Shown: positions 27,191 to 41,036, counted from the stretch's first letter. The stretch: 64,000 bases of DNA from Eledone cirrhosa (GCA_964016885.1 OZ024744.1:81344001-81408000), one strand, 5' to 3'. The notes: a model not told the origin generated them from the letters alone. Program-made: numbers and translations.

Positions 27191-27364
27191 TTGACCCTTT
27201 AGCATTTAAACCAGCCACATCCAACCATCATACTGATGTTAAGGTATTGTTCTCAAAATAAATAATATCAAAATTTCATATATTTGATATTATGTGAGAT
27301 AATTATGTTAGCCTTTACCGTGAAAATATAATAGTGTATAATAATGTTAATGCTAAAGGGTTAA
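27191..27364 (+). mobile_element. piggyBac-type MITE family 1, internally deleted
   Basis: TIRs present. Confidence 0.85.
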
Positions 27365-28805
27365 GTCTCTCTCTCTCTCAAAAAAAAAGAAAATATATAT
27401 AGTGATTGATTATTACTGTGCTCATTTGACTTAGTCCCTGCATATGAGACATAAATGCCACTATGGAGCCACTATGACAACAAATTTGGGCTACATTTGC
27501 TGTCATCTTTATAAAGATAAAAACAAATTGTAATGACGTCACACATACATTTTACATACAACAGTCTTGGTTCAGTAACACTGAAATAAAAAACAAAAAC
27601 AAAAACAGGACAGTGTAGACTACAAAAACAGGACAGTGTAGAGGGAACGCTTCAGTCTTGACAGACCTCTTTAGTGCTGGTGGCACAATAAAAACACCCA
27701 GTCCACCCTGTAAAGTGGTTAGTGATAAATCTTGCCAAACAGACATAAATACAATAAATAAGCCTATACTAGCCATGTAAGAGTTACACATTGTTTGTGG
27801 AGTGGACAGATGGAATTGCCTGGCCATGTGTGAAAACCCCTCATTCAGTGTTCACATTTGTTGTTAAGGAACCTACTAGGTGTTGTAGGTGACTTATGTC
27901 GCCAATAAAGTAATCAGCTCCTTAATACATAAAACAATGTGAAGGGTAGCAATTCACAAAAGGATTCAGTGTCCTAAAGATTAAGAATATCCAGGGCTGC
28001 CATTATCAATGGTCGCAACTTGAAAGCTAAGTTAGGTAAAATTTTGAAGATACTAGTGTGAAGATGGGTGGGTGTGCTCTGTATGCAAGAGGTGGGGAAT
28101 GGAGCCTCAGTCAAATTCCTGTTAATATAAATTTTTCTAGGTAAGAAACAATGAAGTGGGTGGCATATACATGCTTTTGGCTGAGAAATGAACAGATAAA
28201 GTAATTGAGGTAGTTTAGAATGACTGACAAAATAATTAAGGTTAGACTCAGGTTATGATAACAAATCTCTGCTTATGGACCTCAATCAAAACTGTCTGAT
28301 AAGCAAAAGGACCCTGATGGCTACTGTGGGGTACATGGAAGCTATAGTTACAGTTCAGGAAATAAAGAGGGATCAAGTCTTCTGGGGGTTTGTGATGCAA
28401 ATGATCCACTTGCAACACTAACTTAAGGAAACCGACCAACCACTTTATCACCTAAAATCAGGTGAACATGCAAGTCAGATTGACTTTATATTCATTAGGA
28501 AACTGGATAAACAGATGGTGATGTATGTACCACCCAACATAAACTAATGACTAGTAACATCAGAGTAACAGCTAAACAGATACAGAGGAATAGGACAACA
28601 TTGAGAAATAAAGTGTGGAAACTCTCTGCTAAACATAGGTTCAGGGAGGTCTGGAATTATGCCAGGTCTGAGTGCTACTGAAGCACTCATCATAGAGAGA
28701 CAACTGCAAGAGAAGTTCTTAACTAAGAGAAATCCACTATAACCAGCATTCATTCATTTAAAGAAGGCTTTTGGTAGAGTACCACCGTCTGTTGTCTGGT
28801 GGTCT

Positions 28806-29011
28806 TTAACTCTTTAGCATTTAAACCGGCTGTATCCGGCCAGAATTCTCTCACCTCTTTCTGATCAAACTGGCGACTCATAGTGATGTTAAGGTATTGT
28901 TCTCAAAACAAATAGCAACAAAATCTCATAGATTCGATATTATGTGAGATAATTATGAGAGATAAAGCCTTTACTGTAAAAATACAATAGTAAATATAGA
29001 GTAATGTAGAT
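28806..29011 (+). mobile_element. piggyBac-type MITE family 1, right TIR truncated
   Basis: Matches the family consensus up to gtaatgtagatg. Confidence 0.85.
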
Positions 29012-29228
29012 GATTGGTTGGTGAGGGATGTGCACAATAGAATTTAATTCCTATGTTTTGGGGGGAGGAAAGAAGACGTCTTTTCTTTGCTCTACTTCTT
29101 CCCACATTCATTTCCACCACTCTTCTCACACAATGACTTTCATCCTTCTTCAACATATGACCCAACCATCTCATTCCATTTCTCTTCACAACATTCATCA
29201 CTGGTTCTATTTCCATCACTCCTCTCAT
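29012..29228 (-). mobile_element. Short LINE 3'-end fragment (single-unit form of the 30.3-30.9 kb repeat)
   Basis: Encodes VMEIEPVMNVVKRNGMRWLGHMLKKDESHCVRRV. Confidence 0.75.
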
Positions 29229-30339
29229 GTACAGAGATGTTGTCAGTAAAGTGAGAGATGGCAATGCATTCAGTAAAGAATTTAGTGTGCAAGTAGGAGT
29301 TCATCAAGGCTCCTTCCCCAACCTGTTCCTATTTATCATAGTTTTCCAGGCCATTATGGAATCGTTTAAGATCGGTTTTCTGTGGGAACTCTGACTTAGT
29401 TCTTATAGCTGAATCTATGAAAGATCTAAAAAAAAAAATAAAAAAAAAATTTCCATACACAAATCTAGATTCAAAAAGACTCAGTGTAGATTCCATCAAA
29501 GACAAGATCTTGATGCCAATAAGGAAAAGGCTGAGCTCAGTATACAAAAAGAAAGCAGACTAACAGAAAAGGCAGACATTATATGTATCAGATACACAGG
29601 AGTAATCAGCAGTCAGAATATTGGTAAAATAAAATCTTTACACTGCTCAGAAAGCTCCATAGAAGTTGTTGATAGATTCTGTTATCCGTGTGACCTAATA
29701 AATGGGGGGGGGGGGGGGGGGGCTCTGAAAGTATAAAAGATAAAATAAGAAAATGTTCAGTGTGTTGTTAATTCTGTTGGCAACAAAGGGAGTCTCTTGC
29801 TAAACAAAATGTAGATTGTATAATGTTTGTTTGTATTGCAATGCTCTATAGAAGTGGATGAGGGGATATGTGAAAACTAGAAATAGATGAGACCAGTATG
29901 ATCTTTTGGATGTATAATATTAGTGTGCCGGAATGATGAAACCCAGAGAACTTCATAGATAAATTGGGTATAACAGAAATCAGATGTTGTATACAAGAGA
30001 GAGGACTGCAATTGTTCAGACATGTAATGTGTATGGATAATAACAAGTAAAGATATATCAGCGGAAGGAAGCCACAACAGAGGATGGCCAAGGCAGACAC
30101 AGGCAGAGGTGGTGAAAACTGATCTCAGGAAATGTTGAACTTCACAAAAGAAATGGCAAAGGAACACAACATATGGCAAGATGCTATTTTGGAAAGGATC
30201 CGTCCTGATGTTGATTGAGGTTTTACATGTTCAATAGAGAAGTTGCATGCTGGTTTTCACATTGCAATTTTGTGGGGGGGGGGGGGGGGGGGGGGGATTT
30301 CAACATGAGTATATACAGTATATGAAATTTTAGAAAAAG

Positions 30340-30921
30340 TCAGTAGAATATTAGTTCCGATGTTTTGGGGAGGAAGGGAGAGGTCTTCCCTTGCTCTACT
30401 TCCTTGCACATTTATTTCCATCACTCTTCTCATCCAGCCACTTTCATCCTTCTTCAGCACATGATCCAACCATCTCATTCCATTTCCCTTCATAACATTC
30501 ATCACTGGTTCTATTTCTATTACTCCTCTCACCCAGTCACTTTTATCCTTCTTCAGCACATGATCCAACCATCTCATTCCATTTCCCTTCATAACATTCA
30601 TCACTGGTTCTATTTCCATTACTCCTCTCACCCAGTCACTTATATCCTTCTTCAGCACATGATCCAACCATCTCATTCCATTTCCCTTCACAACATTCAT
30701 CACTGGTTCTATTTCCATTACTCCTCTCACCTAGTCACTTATATCCTTCTTCAGCACATGATCCAACCATCTCATTCCATTTCCCTTCACAACATTCATC
30801 ACTGGTTCTATTTCCATTACTCCTCTCACCCAGTCACTTTTATCCTTCTTCAGCACATGATCCAACCATCTCATTCCATTTCTTTTCACAACATTCATCA
30901 CTGGCTCTATTTCCATCACCC
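30340..30921 (-). repeat. LINE 3'-end fragment with five tandem 99-bp (33-codon) units
   Basis: tcttcagcac at 30451, 30550, 30649, 30748 and 30847. The unit translates to RGVMEIEPVMNVVKGNGMRWLDHVLKKDKSDWV. Confidence 0.9.
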
Positions 30922-31077
30922 TCTGCAACATCTGAAAGATCTTAAACACAAAATTAAACCCTACTGCTTCAAAATTAAAGTGCTAAAGGAATCCAGTAAT
31001 TTAAAAAAAATATATATTTAAACCAAGAGATTGAAAATGAGAATAGATACCTATAGCATTAGCTGTAAAAATTGATT

Positions 31078-31238
31078 TAACACCAGCCATATCCGACTAG
31101 AATTATCTCACCTCTTGCTGTTCAAATAAATAGTATCAAAATCTCATAGATTCGATATGTGAAATATTATGTGAGGTAAAGCCTTTACTGTGAAAATATA
31201 ATAGTAAATATAGAGTAATGTAAATGCTAAAGGGTTAA
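31078..31238 (+). mobile_element. piggyBac-type MITE family 1, partial
   Basis: Right TIR plus TTAA intact. Confidence 0.8.
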
Positions 31239-31296
31239 GCCATTCATATGAACATGTAAGTAAAAACCTGACAAGAAGGGGAAGAAAACTAACAAT

Positions 31297-31328
<32 letters not shown>

Positions 31329-32299
31329 TTGCATGCATATATGTATATACATAAAATTATTGAACATCTCCATCTGTTTCAACAATGAACACTTCAGTTG
31401 TTCATTCAACAGAAATACCTACACACTGAATTATTAGACAAGTGGCTGAGTGTGCCACAAACATTTGTACTCTAAATGCAATCCTCAACCAAAATGTATG
31501 ACAAAGCTAACACTTTGATCTACAGGTATTCAATAGGTTTCCATACACTTTGCATCTACCCTATTTCACTTGTAAGCCTTGGGTTGGCCCAAAGCTACAG
31601 TAAAAGACACTTACCCAAGATCTCATACAGTAGGATTGAACCCAAAACCTCATGATTGCAAAGCAAACTTCTTAACCATTCAGCCATGCTTGCATCTAGA
31701 TTATATTGATGTATATCTTGACTGCGATTATTTATCAAATCTGAGAATGACCATCTTTTTTTGTGAATCCTTTGATGATTGAACATCCTAGTCCTTGCTG
31801 TGTAACTCTTGTTGTAGACAGGACATAATGTTTGTCGGGAGAAAGTTTTACTCTATATGCATGTCCATGTCTCTTCTTTCACTTTACTTGGTAGTGGTGA
31901 GTATTTCACTTCCATATATTCGATACCCAACCAAATGCAGGACCACTAAAGTGACTGGCAGGCAGCAATGTCATCCACTTGATGTTACTCATCTTCAAAG
32001 TGGTCTTCAGTTAATCTTTCAGTTAACTGTTTCTGTGGTCTGTCAACCTGGCATTGGAAATGGTATAGCTGGCCATAGATGAATCTTTGGGGAAAATGTA
32101 AATCAGGCATGTGAACTTCATGTCCAAGCTATTTTGGTTGAAGTCTGTATGGTGCACTTCACACCAGGCATCATATAGACTGCTCTACACTCATAGAGTC
32201 CATTTGTTGTAAATTTCCCTGAACTTTCTCCCATCCTATCCTCCCTAACAACCCATATCTCTGATCCTCTTGACACAGAACACTGACAAACCTCATACT

Positions 32300-33100
32300 T
32301 TCAGCTTCTCTTCTTGCAAAGTATACCTGACATTTAACTACCTGATATTTTTATTTGTTCACCTATTTCTTCCAATCTTTCCATGCCTGTTTCTTTGCAT
32401 TTATGGATATCTATCTATCTACTGTACCATTACATCATATCACACACACCTTTCAACTGACCAGAAGCTAACTCCAACAGATTTAGTTTGTGGTTTGCAA
32501 TAGGTTGTCTCCGTTACACTTACAGTTGTCCTCTACATTATAATTCTCTATCTTATCAAGATCATCATCCTTATTATGTGTCAACTAGTACTTCATTGAA
32601 CATATGTATGGCTGTAGGATCTTTCAGCTTCCACCACACTTACCTTCTTAAGACTGTCTTGTGTCTCAGAGTCTATCTAGCTCTTATCTGGGGGTTATTG
32701 ATAACTATTCTATGTTGAGTGATATATTCTACCTTGGAGAAGTTATTACTCACAACCAATAATCTATTGTACTTCTTGGTAAGTATGTAATCAATGTGGC
32801 TTGTGTGCTCACCTAAATGATCAGGTGGATGGCTAGTTTTCTGTACTTAGTATTTCATCACAGAATTCCAAGAGCTGTGATTTCTCTCCATTCCTTATAC
32901 CACATCCATAATCTCCATGTACATTGAAGTAGCTATTATAATTCTGCCTAATATGTCCATTAAAGTTAGTAGCTATAATAATGATGTCAGTCATTTGTTA
33001 TAGAGGTAGTCTACAATAGGATTACATCGAAATAGTTCTTTTGTTTATTTGTCAGCCCTGGTTGTGGTGCATATGTATAAAAATATGTTGCAGTTGAGTT
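32300..33100 (-). mobile_element. Very old RTE endonuclease-region relic
   Basis: Minus strand gives IIIATNFNGHIRQ, similar to GDFNGHVG. Confidence 0.45.
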
Positions 33101-33205
33101 GTCTAAGGCTATTCTAAGCTTAATTATTTTGTTATATATTCTATCTTGATTTTCTTTTTATCCATTTCTTTGTCAACAATGTCTACTCCACCTGTCCCCA
33201 TACTC

Positions 33206-33433
33206 TTAACCCTTTAGCATTTAAATTGGACATGTCCAGCCAGAACTATCTCACCTCTTTCTGTTCAAAAGGCCATATCTGGCTGCTCATACTTACATTA
33301 AGGTATTGTTCTCAAAATAAATAACATCAAAATCTCGTAGATTCGATATTATGTGAGATAATTATGTAAGATAAAGCATTTACCGTGAAAATACAATAGT
33401 AAATATAGAATAATGTAAATGCTAAAGGGTTAA
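33206..33433 (+). mobile_element. piggyBac-type MITE family 1
   Basis: TTAA TSD and TIRs. Confidence 0.92.
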
Positions 33434-34607
33434 CCAACTTGATAATGTTGTACTTGTGTTCCTTGCACATGAGGAACCTAAGATTCCCACTTAACAGCAC
33501 ACATCTACTTTCGTCTACTCTAACATCCCTCTGTATTTTCTCTTGAGCCCTACTTTTCATCATGACAACATTTATAGTGGCAATGCTGAATAAAGGAGGA
33601 GAGTTTCCAGATATAGGTGGGTGGGTTCAATGTTATATTTCCTGTATCTGAATGAAAAAAAAAAAGAGAATTGTTGTGGTAGTTTGATAACAGTTGAAGG
33701 GCTGCTCACATACAGCCAGATTCATATATCTCGTCACTCCACAACTGTGTGTAGAAGCTAATAAAAGTTAGCCCTCTGTGTGGAGTTTTGGTTGTTCATT
33801 GTATCTGCCTCATCCTTATTCTGACATGCTTTGTTTCATTTATTTATTAGTTGAATACCCATCCTACCTTCCTATCAGGTACATCTTACTGTACCACCAA
33901 CACTGGAGAAGATGTCTGTTGGAACTTCAATGATTCCTCTACTCTGTATCAATTTTTGTTCAGATTTACTACTCTTCTAGATAGGTTGGCTTCACTGTAG
34001 TTTATAGAGTCCATATCTCATCTATGCAGTTAACCTTTCATTAACTGTTGGGTTTGTTTGGATTGCTCAGCTTTCTAAACTGTTCCCTATTGCTATATAG
34101 CTATAGAGCCATGTCTCTACATGACATCCACAATTTATTAATCATCCCTTAGAGTCCGAGGACAGGTGTTTATCTTTGATAAAGGAAGTGGAAAATGCCT
34201 TCATGATCCTAAGTAGAGAGTGGGGAATTAACTACCAAGCTATCACTGTCACAGAGGGAGAGCTTATTGTACTAATCTATCACAACTAAAATTGTCAAAT
34301 ACATGATATTAAGTAAACAAGGCATTTAGCTGAGAACTGAGGTAATTAATATATTATGGGTGAAAGGTGGTAACTGGATATTTAGCATGTTAATTCAACC
34401 AGTAAAACCATATACATGCACAGTATATTCACACTTTAGAAGTGTTCAATATGTAGATCATTACATATATGTATTTTTATGCTAACGTGAGTTAGGTGGG
34501 TCAGTATCTCTGTCTGTCTTGGTTTTTCATCATTTCCACAACAGCCTGAAATCACCCCTCAGAAATTTTTCCTATGAATTCTTTGGTCTTCTAGGAAGAT
34601 TGTGAAA

Positions 34608-34638
<31 letters not shown>

Positions 34639-34910
34639 CATATATACATACATGACCAAATGTTTAAGAGGTCTGCTTCACAATCATTAGATCCCAGGTT
34701 CAATCCTACAGCATGGCATCTTGAACAAGTACAATTTATCATGGCCTCAGGTTGACCCATGCCTTGTGAGTGAAATTGGGGAGACAGAAACTGTTAGAGA
34801 CAGAAACTGTATGTGTAATTCAAAGGGAATCTCCCTGAGAATTGAATGAAATTAGTTAGACGGAAACTGCTTGGAACCCTGTCGAATTGACTGTAAACGA
34901 AATTCAAAGG

Positions 34911-35175
34911 GACAGCCTTGTCACACACTGTGTCATGCTGATTCGTCATTGTTTGAATCTTATTTCCATGCTTGCATGGATTAGATGGGTTGTTGGACAG
35001 CCTTGTCACACACCGTGTCATGCTGAATCGTCATTGTTTGAATCTTATTTCCATGCTTGCATGGATTAGATGGGTTGTTGGACAGCCTTGACAGCCTTGT
35101 CACACACTGTGTCATGCTGATTCGTCATTGTTTGAATCCTATTTCCACGCTTGCATGGATTAGATGGGTTGTTGT
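34911..35175 (-). repeat. Triplicated ~85-bp unit spanning a retroposon tail and its flank
   Basis: gacagccttgtcacacactgtgtcatgctga...tttccatgcttgcatggattagatgggttgttg x3. Confidence 0.9.
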
Positions 35176-35479
35176 GATACGAGACAAGTCAGTCAGGAAA
35201 CCGCATCTTGCTCATACGGATCTGTATTTTGGTTCGATTTCTACAGATGTACGCCCTTCCTAACACCAACCACATTACAGTGTGAGAATTACATTAAGGG
35301 TACACATATCTCTGAAATGCTCAGCCTCTTACATGTTAATTTCATGAACAGGCTGCTCCACTGATAAAAAAACTGGAATACTCATTGTCGAAACTGACAG
35401 AGGTGCTATGTACGTTTAGATTAGTTGTCAGTTGAATCTGTCTATTGATTAGGGAAAAATTCCAAATTTGGAAGAAAAA

Positions 35480-36530
35480 ATTAGAATTAAGAAGTCTTAG
35501 AGTAAATTTAGCAAAGCCAAAAATGTTTCTAGTCCGTGAGAAAGATTTCTATTATCTGGGAAGAGGCCATGTTTAACCCTTTAGCATTTAAACCAGCCAT
35601 ATCCGGCCATAATTTGCTCACCTTTTTTTGTTCAAACCAGCTGTAACTGGTCGCTCATACCTACATTATTGTTCTCAAAATAAATATCAAAATCTTGTAG
35701 ATTCGATATTATGCAAGAGTGTTTACAGTGAAAATAAATAGAAAATATAGAGTAATGTAAATGCTAAAGGGTTAATATACAAAAAAAAAAAAGAGTAGCT
35801 ATGAACTCCATAGAGTATACTCAGAGTAAACTATCAATGTACAAGAGACGGTGTTGCATCATAAGCAAACTGACAGAAGGAGGACTTCATACAAAGCAGA
35901 TGTTTAGAAGTAAGCATAAATTCTTTGAAATGCTTAGAGCACTCCCTAAAAGCAGTTGATAGCTTCTGTTATTTGGATGACAGTATTAGCAGTAGAGTAA
36001 ACCAGAGTAAAAACAGGGTGGGAAAGGTTTAGGGCACTATAACTTCCACAACCCTTTATTTGAAGGGTAGATTGTATGATGCTTGCATACAGAAGTGCAA
36101 TGGTCGTTAGATATGACCTAAGTGAATGCAAACGATATGCAAAGGCTAGAGAGAAATATGGCAAGCATACTCTGTTCGATGGTTAATGTGTCATATTAAT
36201 GTGTATGAATGACAAAGCATAAATGACCTGATAGAAAAACTGGGTCTTATATTGAAGAATCAGATATAGCCTGTATGAGAGGAGACTGAGCTGGTACAGA
36301 CTTGTGTGATGTGTATGGGAAATGACAGACGACTAAAGAGGTGAGAATGATCCAAGTGAAAGGAACTGGCAGAAGATAAAACCCAAGTAAACATGAGAAG
36401 TAGTGAAATTTGATCTCAGGAGGCTGAATCATGTTCCTAAAACAGATGACAAAGGACTTACAAGATCCTGTGCTGGGGAAGACCTAACTAACCAATGCAA
36501 GCATGGAAAAACACATAAAAATGATAGTGA
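35480..36530 (+). mobile_element. Old RTE LINE 3' relic
   Basis: GLRVNLAK-like, GK.PC, DSFCYL, RVKTGWERFR remnants and tail. Confidence 0.7.
35573..35775 (+). mobile_element. piggyBac-type MITE family 1 nested in RTE
   Basis: TTAA TSD; splits the GKRPC-LIYKK (GKWPCSICRK-like) motif. Confidence 0.9.
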
Positions 36531-36583
36531 TGGTGTGTATGTATATATATATATATATATAAATACAGAGTACATATGTACAT

Positions 36584-36657
<74 letters not shown>

Positions 36658-36999
36658 CATACACACATTTATTATAGATATATGGTATTTATATGTTCAT
36701 ATATATATATATATATATATAAACACACAACATACACAAACACACCATGAAATGGGTTTTTCTTTATTTCCTCCTCACCTCTATTTTTTAAGCTCTTATA
36801 ATATTGATTTTCAAGTTAAATGCACAACTAAACACCACTACCATTTCATATAATTCTGCCACATAGTACAATTATCTTTGAAAAGAAAAAATAAGGAAAA
36901 AGAAAAACTCCTGTAACAATGGGCCCAGCCCAGAGTTTCGTTTTAGAGAGACAGTCCTGTTGACTATCAAAGAACTCGAGATTTTTGAAGAGTTAATCG

Positions 37000-37643
37000 C
37001 AGCCACTTGAGAGTCAGATATAATATTAACACCAACAGTATTGTCAATCCTCTTCAAATGCATATAGACCACAGAGACGTATAAAATATAAACTTATACT
37101 AACAGTAACGATGCATACATAATGTGTGTGTATTAACTTGAAATATATACATGTGTGTGCGCGTGTGTGTTAAGTTGAAACTTCGTTCTCTCAATATATA
37201 TAATTGTTTCTACTTTAGGCACAAGGCCAGCAATTACCCAGTGCATTACTGGTACTTTATTTTATCGACCCCGTAAGGATGAAAGGCAAAGTCAACCTCG
37301 GAGGTATATATATATAATTGTTTCTACTATTGGCACAAGGCCAGAAAATTACCCAGTACATTACTGGTACTTTATTTTATCGACCCCGTAAGGATGAAAG
37401 GCAAAGTTAACCTCGGCGGGATTAACTTTGCCTTTCATCCTTACGGGATATAATGTGAGTATGTGTGTGTGTGTGTACAAATAGCGTTTCGACAGTAAAA
37501 AAAAAATATTTTCTTCCTTCCTTTTAGTGCTGGGTGTTTTTTCAAATGTAAATGATTATAGAATTGTACGCACATACATTTCATTAATAGAATACTGCAC
37601 AAAATACTTGGCTATCGTAATTAATATGAAGCGGTGAATAAAA

Positions 37644-37693
<50 letters not shown>

Positions 37694-37987
37694 TCTTTCG
37701 AATATTAATAATTGTTTCTACTTTAGGCACAAGGCCAGCAATTACCCAGTGCATTACTGGTACTTTATTTTATCGACCCTCGTAAGGATGAAAGGCAAAG
37801 TCAACCTCGGCGAATAATAATAACATGTGAAGATGCCAACACAAGAGCAAGAATGAAGGGTTCATTCTACTAACATGGCTATAAAATTGAGGCTTGTTTG
37901 CATAATTGCAAACGAATCGAATGTTATTATTAATATTCGAAAAACTCAGATTACATCTTTTGTATTCAGCCATGTAGAGCGAACATT

Positions 37988-38041
<54 letters not shown>

Positions 38042-38303
38042 TGTGTATAACATGACAAATACTAATACTAAAGTTCACAATTTATTACTAATTACCAGCA
38101 AATACACCCACCCGGTTATAAAACGTACACCATCAATACGATCGAACCCTAAATTATTTAGGGAGATTTTGATTTTATTACTACAATATGTGGTGTGTGT
38201 GTGCAACAAACGTTTAGTATCTTAACAAAAATTAAAAAAATAAAAATCACCGGAACAGGTATTTGAAATAACTTCCTGTAATTTCGTCAACAACTGAAGC
38301 CTA

Positions 38304-38340
<37 letters not shown>

Positions 38341-39200
38341 CAATTATATATATATATCCATCCTGTCAAGAATCACTGTTCATATATAGTATATACTGAA
38401 AAGACAGACAATTGAAATATATAAAAATGTACAATGGGAAAATCTACTATAAATCTCACAAAAGAACAGCATCCATAAATATACCACCAGATGCCTTCAC
38501 ACCAAAATGAGGCGGATGGGGGTTGTCATTTTTTCCCCATCTTCTCCCCTCCTCTCAAATTGCTTTGACTGATAATTTGAACTTAGTTTCTCATTAAAAA
38601 GAACATTGATAATATGTATTGTTGGGTTATTTTTTTCATGGAAAGTCATATAATTTATTAGGTATCTCGATATGAAATATATCATGTTCGTATGTTGAGG
38701 CGATATCAATAGATTTATTAAAAGCCACCATCTCCCATCCACCACAAGCAGGAACAAAAAGTAAGAAAGAAACAGTCCACAATAAACAGTTTCATGTTGT
38801 AATTGACAGATGAATAAGAAAGAAAAAAAACAGTTAAAGAGAAAAATAGAGGAGACAGGAAGCGAATAAACTAATGTTAACTTTGAAATTAGTTTCACGC
38901 GAGACGAATTCTACGTTATATATAGAGATATACCTACATGCATCTATACACACACACGCATAAATATATACACACACACATGTACACACATATATATATA
39001 CATATATGTATACACATACTTATATATGTATACACATATATACGTACATGAATACATATATTTACATATGGTGGCTGCCAACTCGTTTTCGAGTACGGCT
39101 ACTACTTTATATCCATGTAGGAGAACCCCTACCGATGCACTGAACGAGTGTGACGTTTTAGTCCAGCCAGCGACTTGAAAACACTGGTACAAACACTACA
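37000..39200. promoter_or_regulatory. CpG-retaining region, possible unmethylated promoter or regulatory island
   Basis: Many CpGs in non-repeat sequence, versus visible CpG depletion over 1-36.8 kb. Not quantified. Confidence 0.35.
37200..37812 (-). mobile_element. Cluster of three young 5'-truncated family B SINEs
   Basis: Copies at about 37201-37303, 37314-37447 and 37707-37812, CpGs intact. The second ends in a perfect 26-bp inverted repeat. Confidence 0.9.
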
Positions 39201-39677
39201 CTTGTGACAATGATTGACACACAGTGCTGGGCCCATGGTACCATGTGACGACAAGTGCAGAGAGATCTCCAGATATAAAGCAATGCCTGTGCCGTGAACC
39301 TTTTATAGTGAGCAAAGGCACTGCACAAAGCCAGTCCCACTCTCTTAACCAAGATCATATTTACCAACAAGAAGAACAAGTCAACATCATTGGATACCAT
39401 CAGGGTTGCAGGTGTTATACCAGAGTTTTCCTTCTCCTAGAATTCTGCCTTGACAAAGGCTAAGGGGTCATCTCTCCCGGTGATTTTGGATGGCCATTGA
39501 CTCTTAAGAGCTCCTTTGCCCTTTGACAGGTTTTGTTTTTAGTCCTGCAGGATGTCCAAAGTCACCCTCCTCACCAAGAAACCTTGGTGGGGTTGCCAGT
39601 TTAGTCGCCAACGACCCGACCATGAGACAGGTTGTACTGGGATACATATTACCAGTAGCACCAACTGGTGACCTGAC
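39070..39677 (-). mobile_element. Non-coding element resembling an RTE LINE 5' UTR
   Basis: Minus strand has ctaggagaaggaaaactctg and gtcg..ggcgactaa, motifs I associate with RTE 5' UTRs. No RT ORF follows. Confidence 0.5.
39596..39673 (-). ncRNA. HDV-like ribozyme fold, probably degenerate
   Basis: P1 GGUCAccAG/CUcaUGGUC, P2 CCAGU/ACUGG, P3 ACA/UGU, GG, then GUCG-UUGG-CGAC hairpin and (C)UAA junction, in HDV order. L3 is too short. Confidence 0.5.
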
Positions 39678-39679
39678 AT

Positions 39680-41036
39680 ATACATTCATATATACACACA
39701 CATGTACATATATACATGTATACAACCTTATATGCATATAAATATACACATACATATATATATATATATATACCCATACATAAAAATATATTCACACAAA
39801 TACATATATGTGCACATACATATATATATACATACATACACACACATACATATATACACCCATATACACATAAAAATATATTCACACAAATACATATATG
39901 TGCACATACATATATATACACACATACACATACATAAAAATATATTCACACAAATACATATATGTGCACATACATATATATACACACATACACATACATA
40001 TACATATACATATATAAACATACATATATATAAACATACATATATATACACATACATATATATACACATATATATATACACATACATATATATACACATA
40101 CATATATATACACATACATATATATATACATACATATATATACATATACATATATATATACATACATATATATACATATACACATGTATATACATATACA
40201 CATGTATATACATATACACATGCATATACATATACACATGTATATACATATACACATATATATACATATACACGCATATATATACATATACACGCATATA
40301 TATACATATACACGCATATATATACATATACACGCATATATATACATATACACGCATATATATACATATATACACATATATATACATATATACACATAAA
40401 CATATATACAAACATATAGATATATATATACACACATAAACATATATATACACACAAACATATATACACATATACAGATATATACATATACACATATATA
40501 CATATACACATATATACATATACACATATATACATATACACATATATATACATATACACATATATATACATATACACATATATATACATATACACATATA
40601 TATACATATACACATATATATACATATACACATATATATACATATACACATATATATACATATACACATATATATACATATACATATATATATACATATA
40701 CACATATATATACACACATATATATACACACATATATATACACACATATATATACATATACACATATATATACATATACACATATATATACATATACACA
40801 TATATATACATATACACATACACATATATATACATATACACATATATATACATATACACATATATATACACATATATATATATATCCATATATACACACA
40901 TATATATACATATAATCACATATATATATATACATATATACACATATATATATATACATATATACACATATATATATATACATATATACACATATATATA
41001 TACATATATACACATATATATATATATACATATATA
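39680..41036. repeat. (TA/CA)n compound microsatellite
   Basis: Directly visible; includes three copies of cataaaaatatattcacacaaatacatatatgtgcac. Confidence 0.97.

Larger units (their letters stand above)
27800..30210 (+). mobile_element. Old RTE LINE relic with nested insertions
   Basis: SQIDFI, LQEKFL..., KAFGRVP, VGVHQGS, GRPRQT remnants. Confidence 0.75.

Noticed and set aside
30365-31021. 218-aa His/Ser-rich plus-strand ORF
   Set aside because: Antisense reading of the 99-bp LINE-derived tandem repeat.
37815-37973. Minus-strand MAEYK start resembling Ras MTEYK
   Set aside because: No P-loop or further similarity follows.
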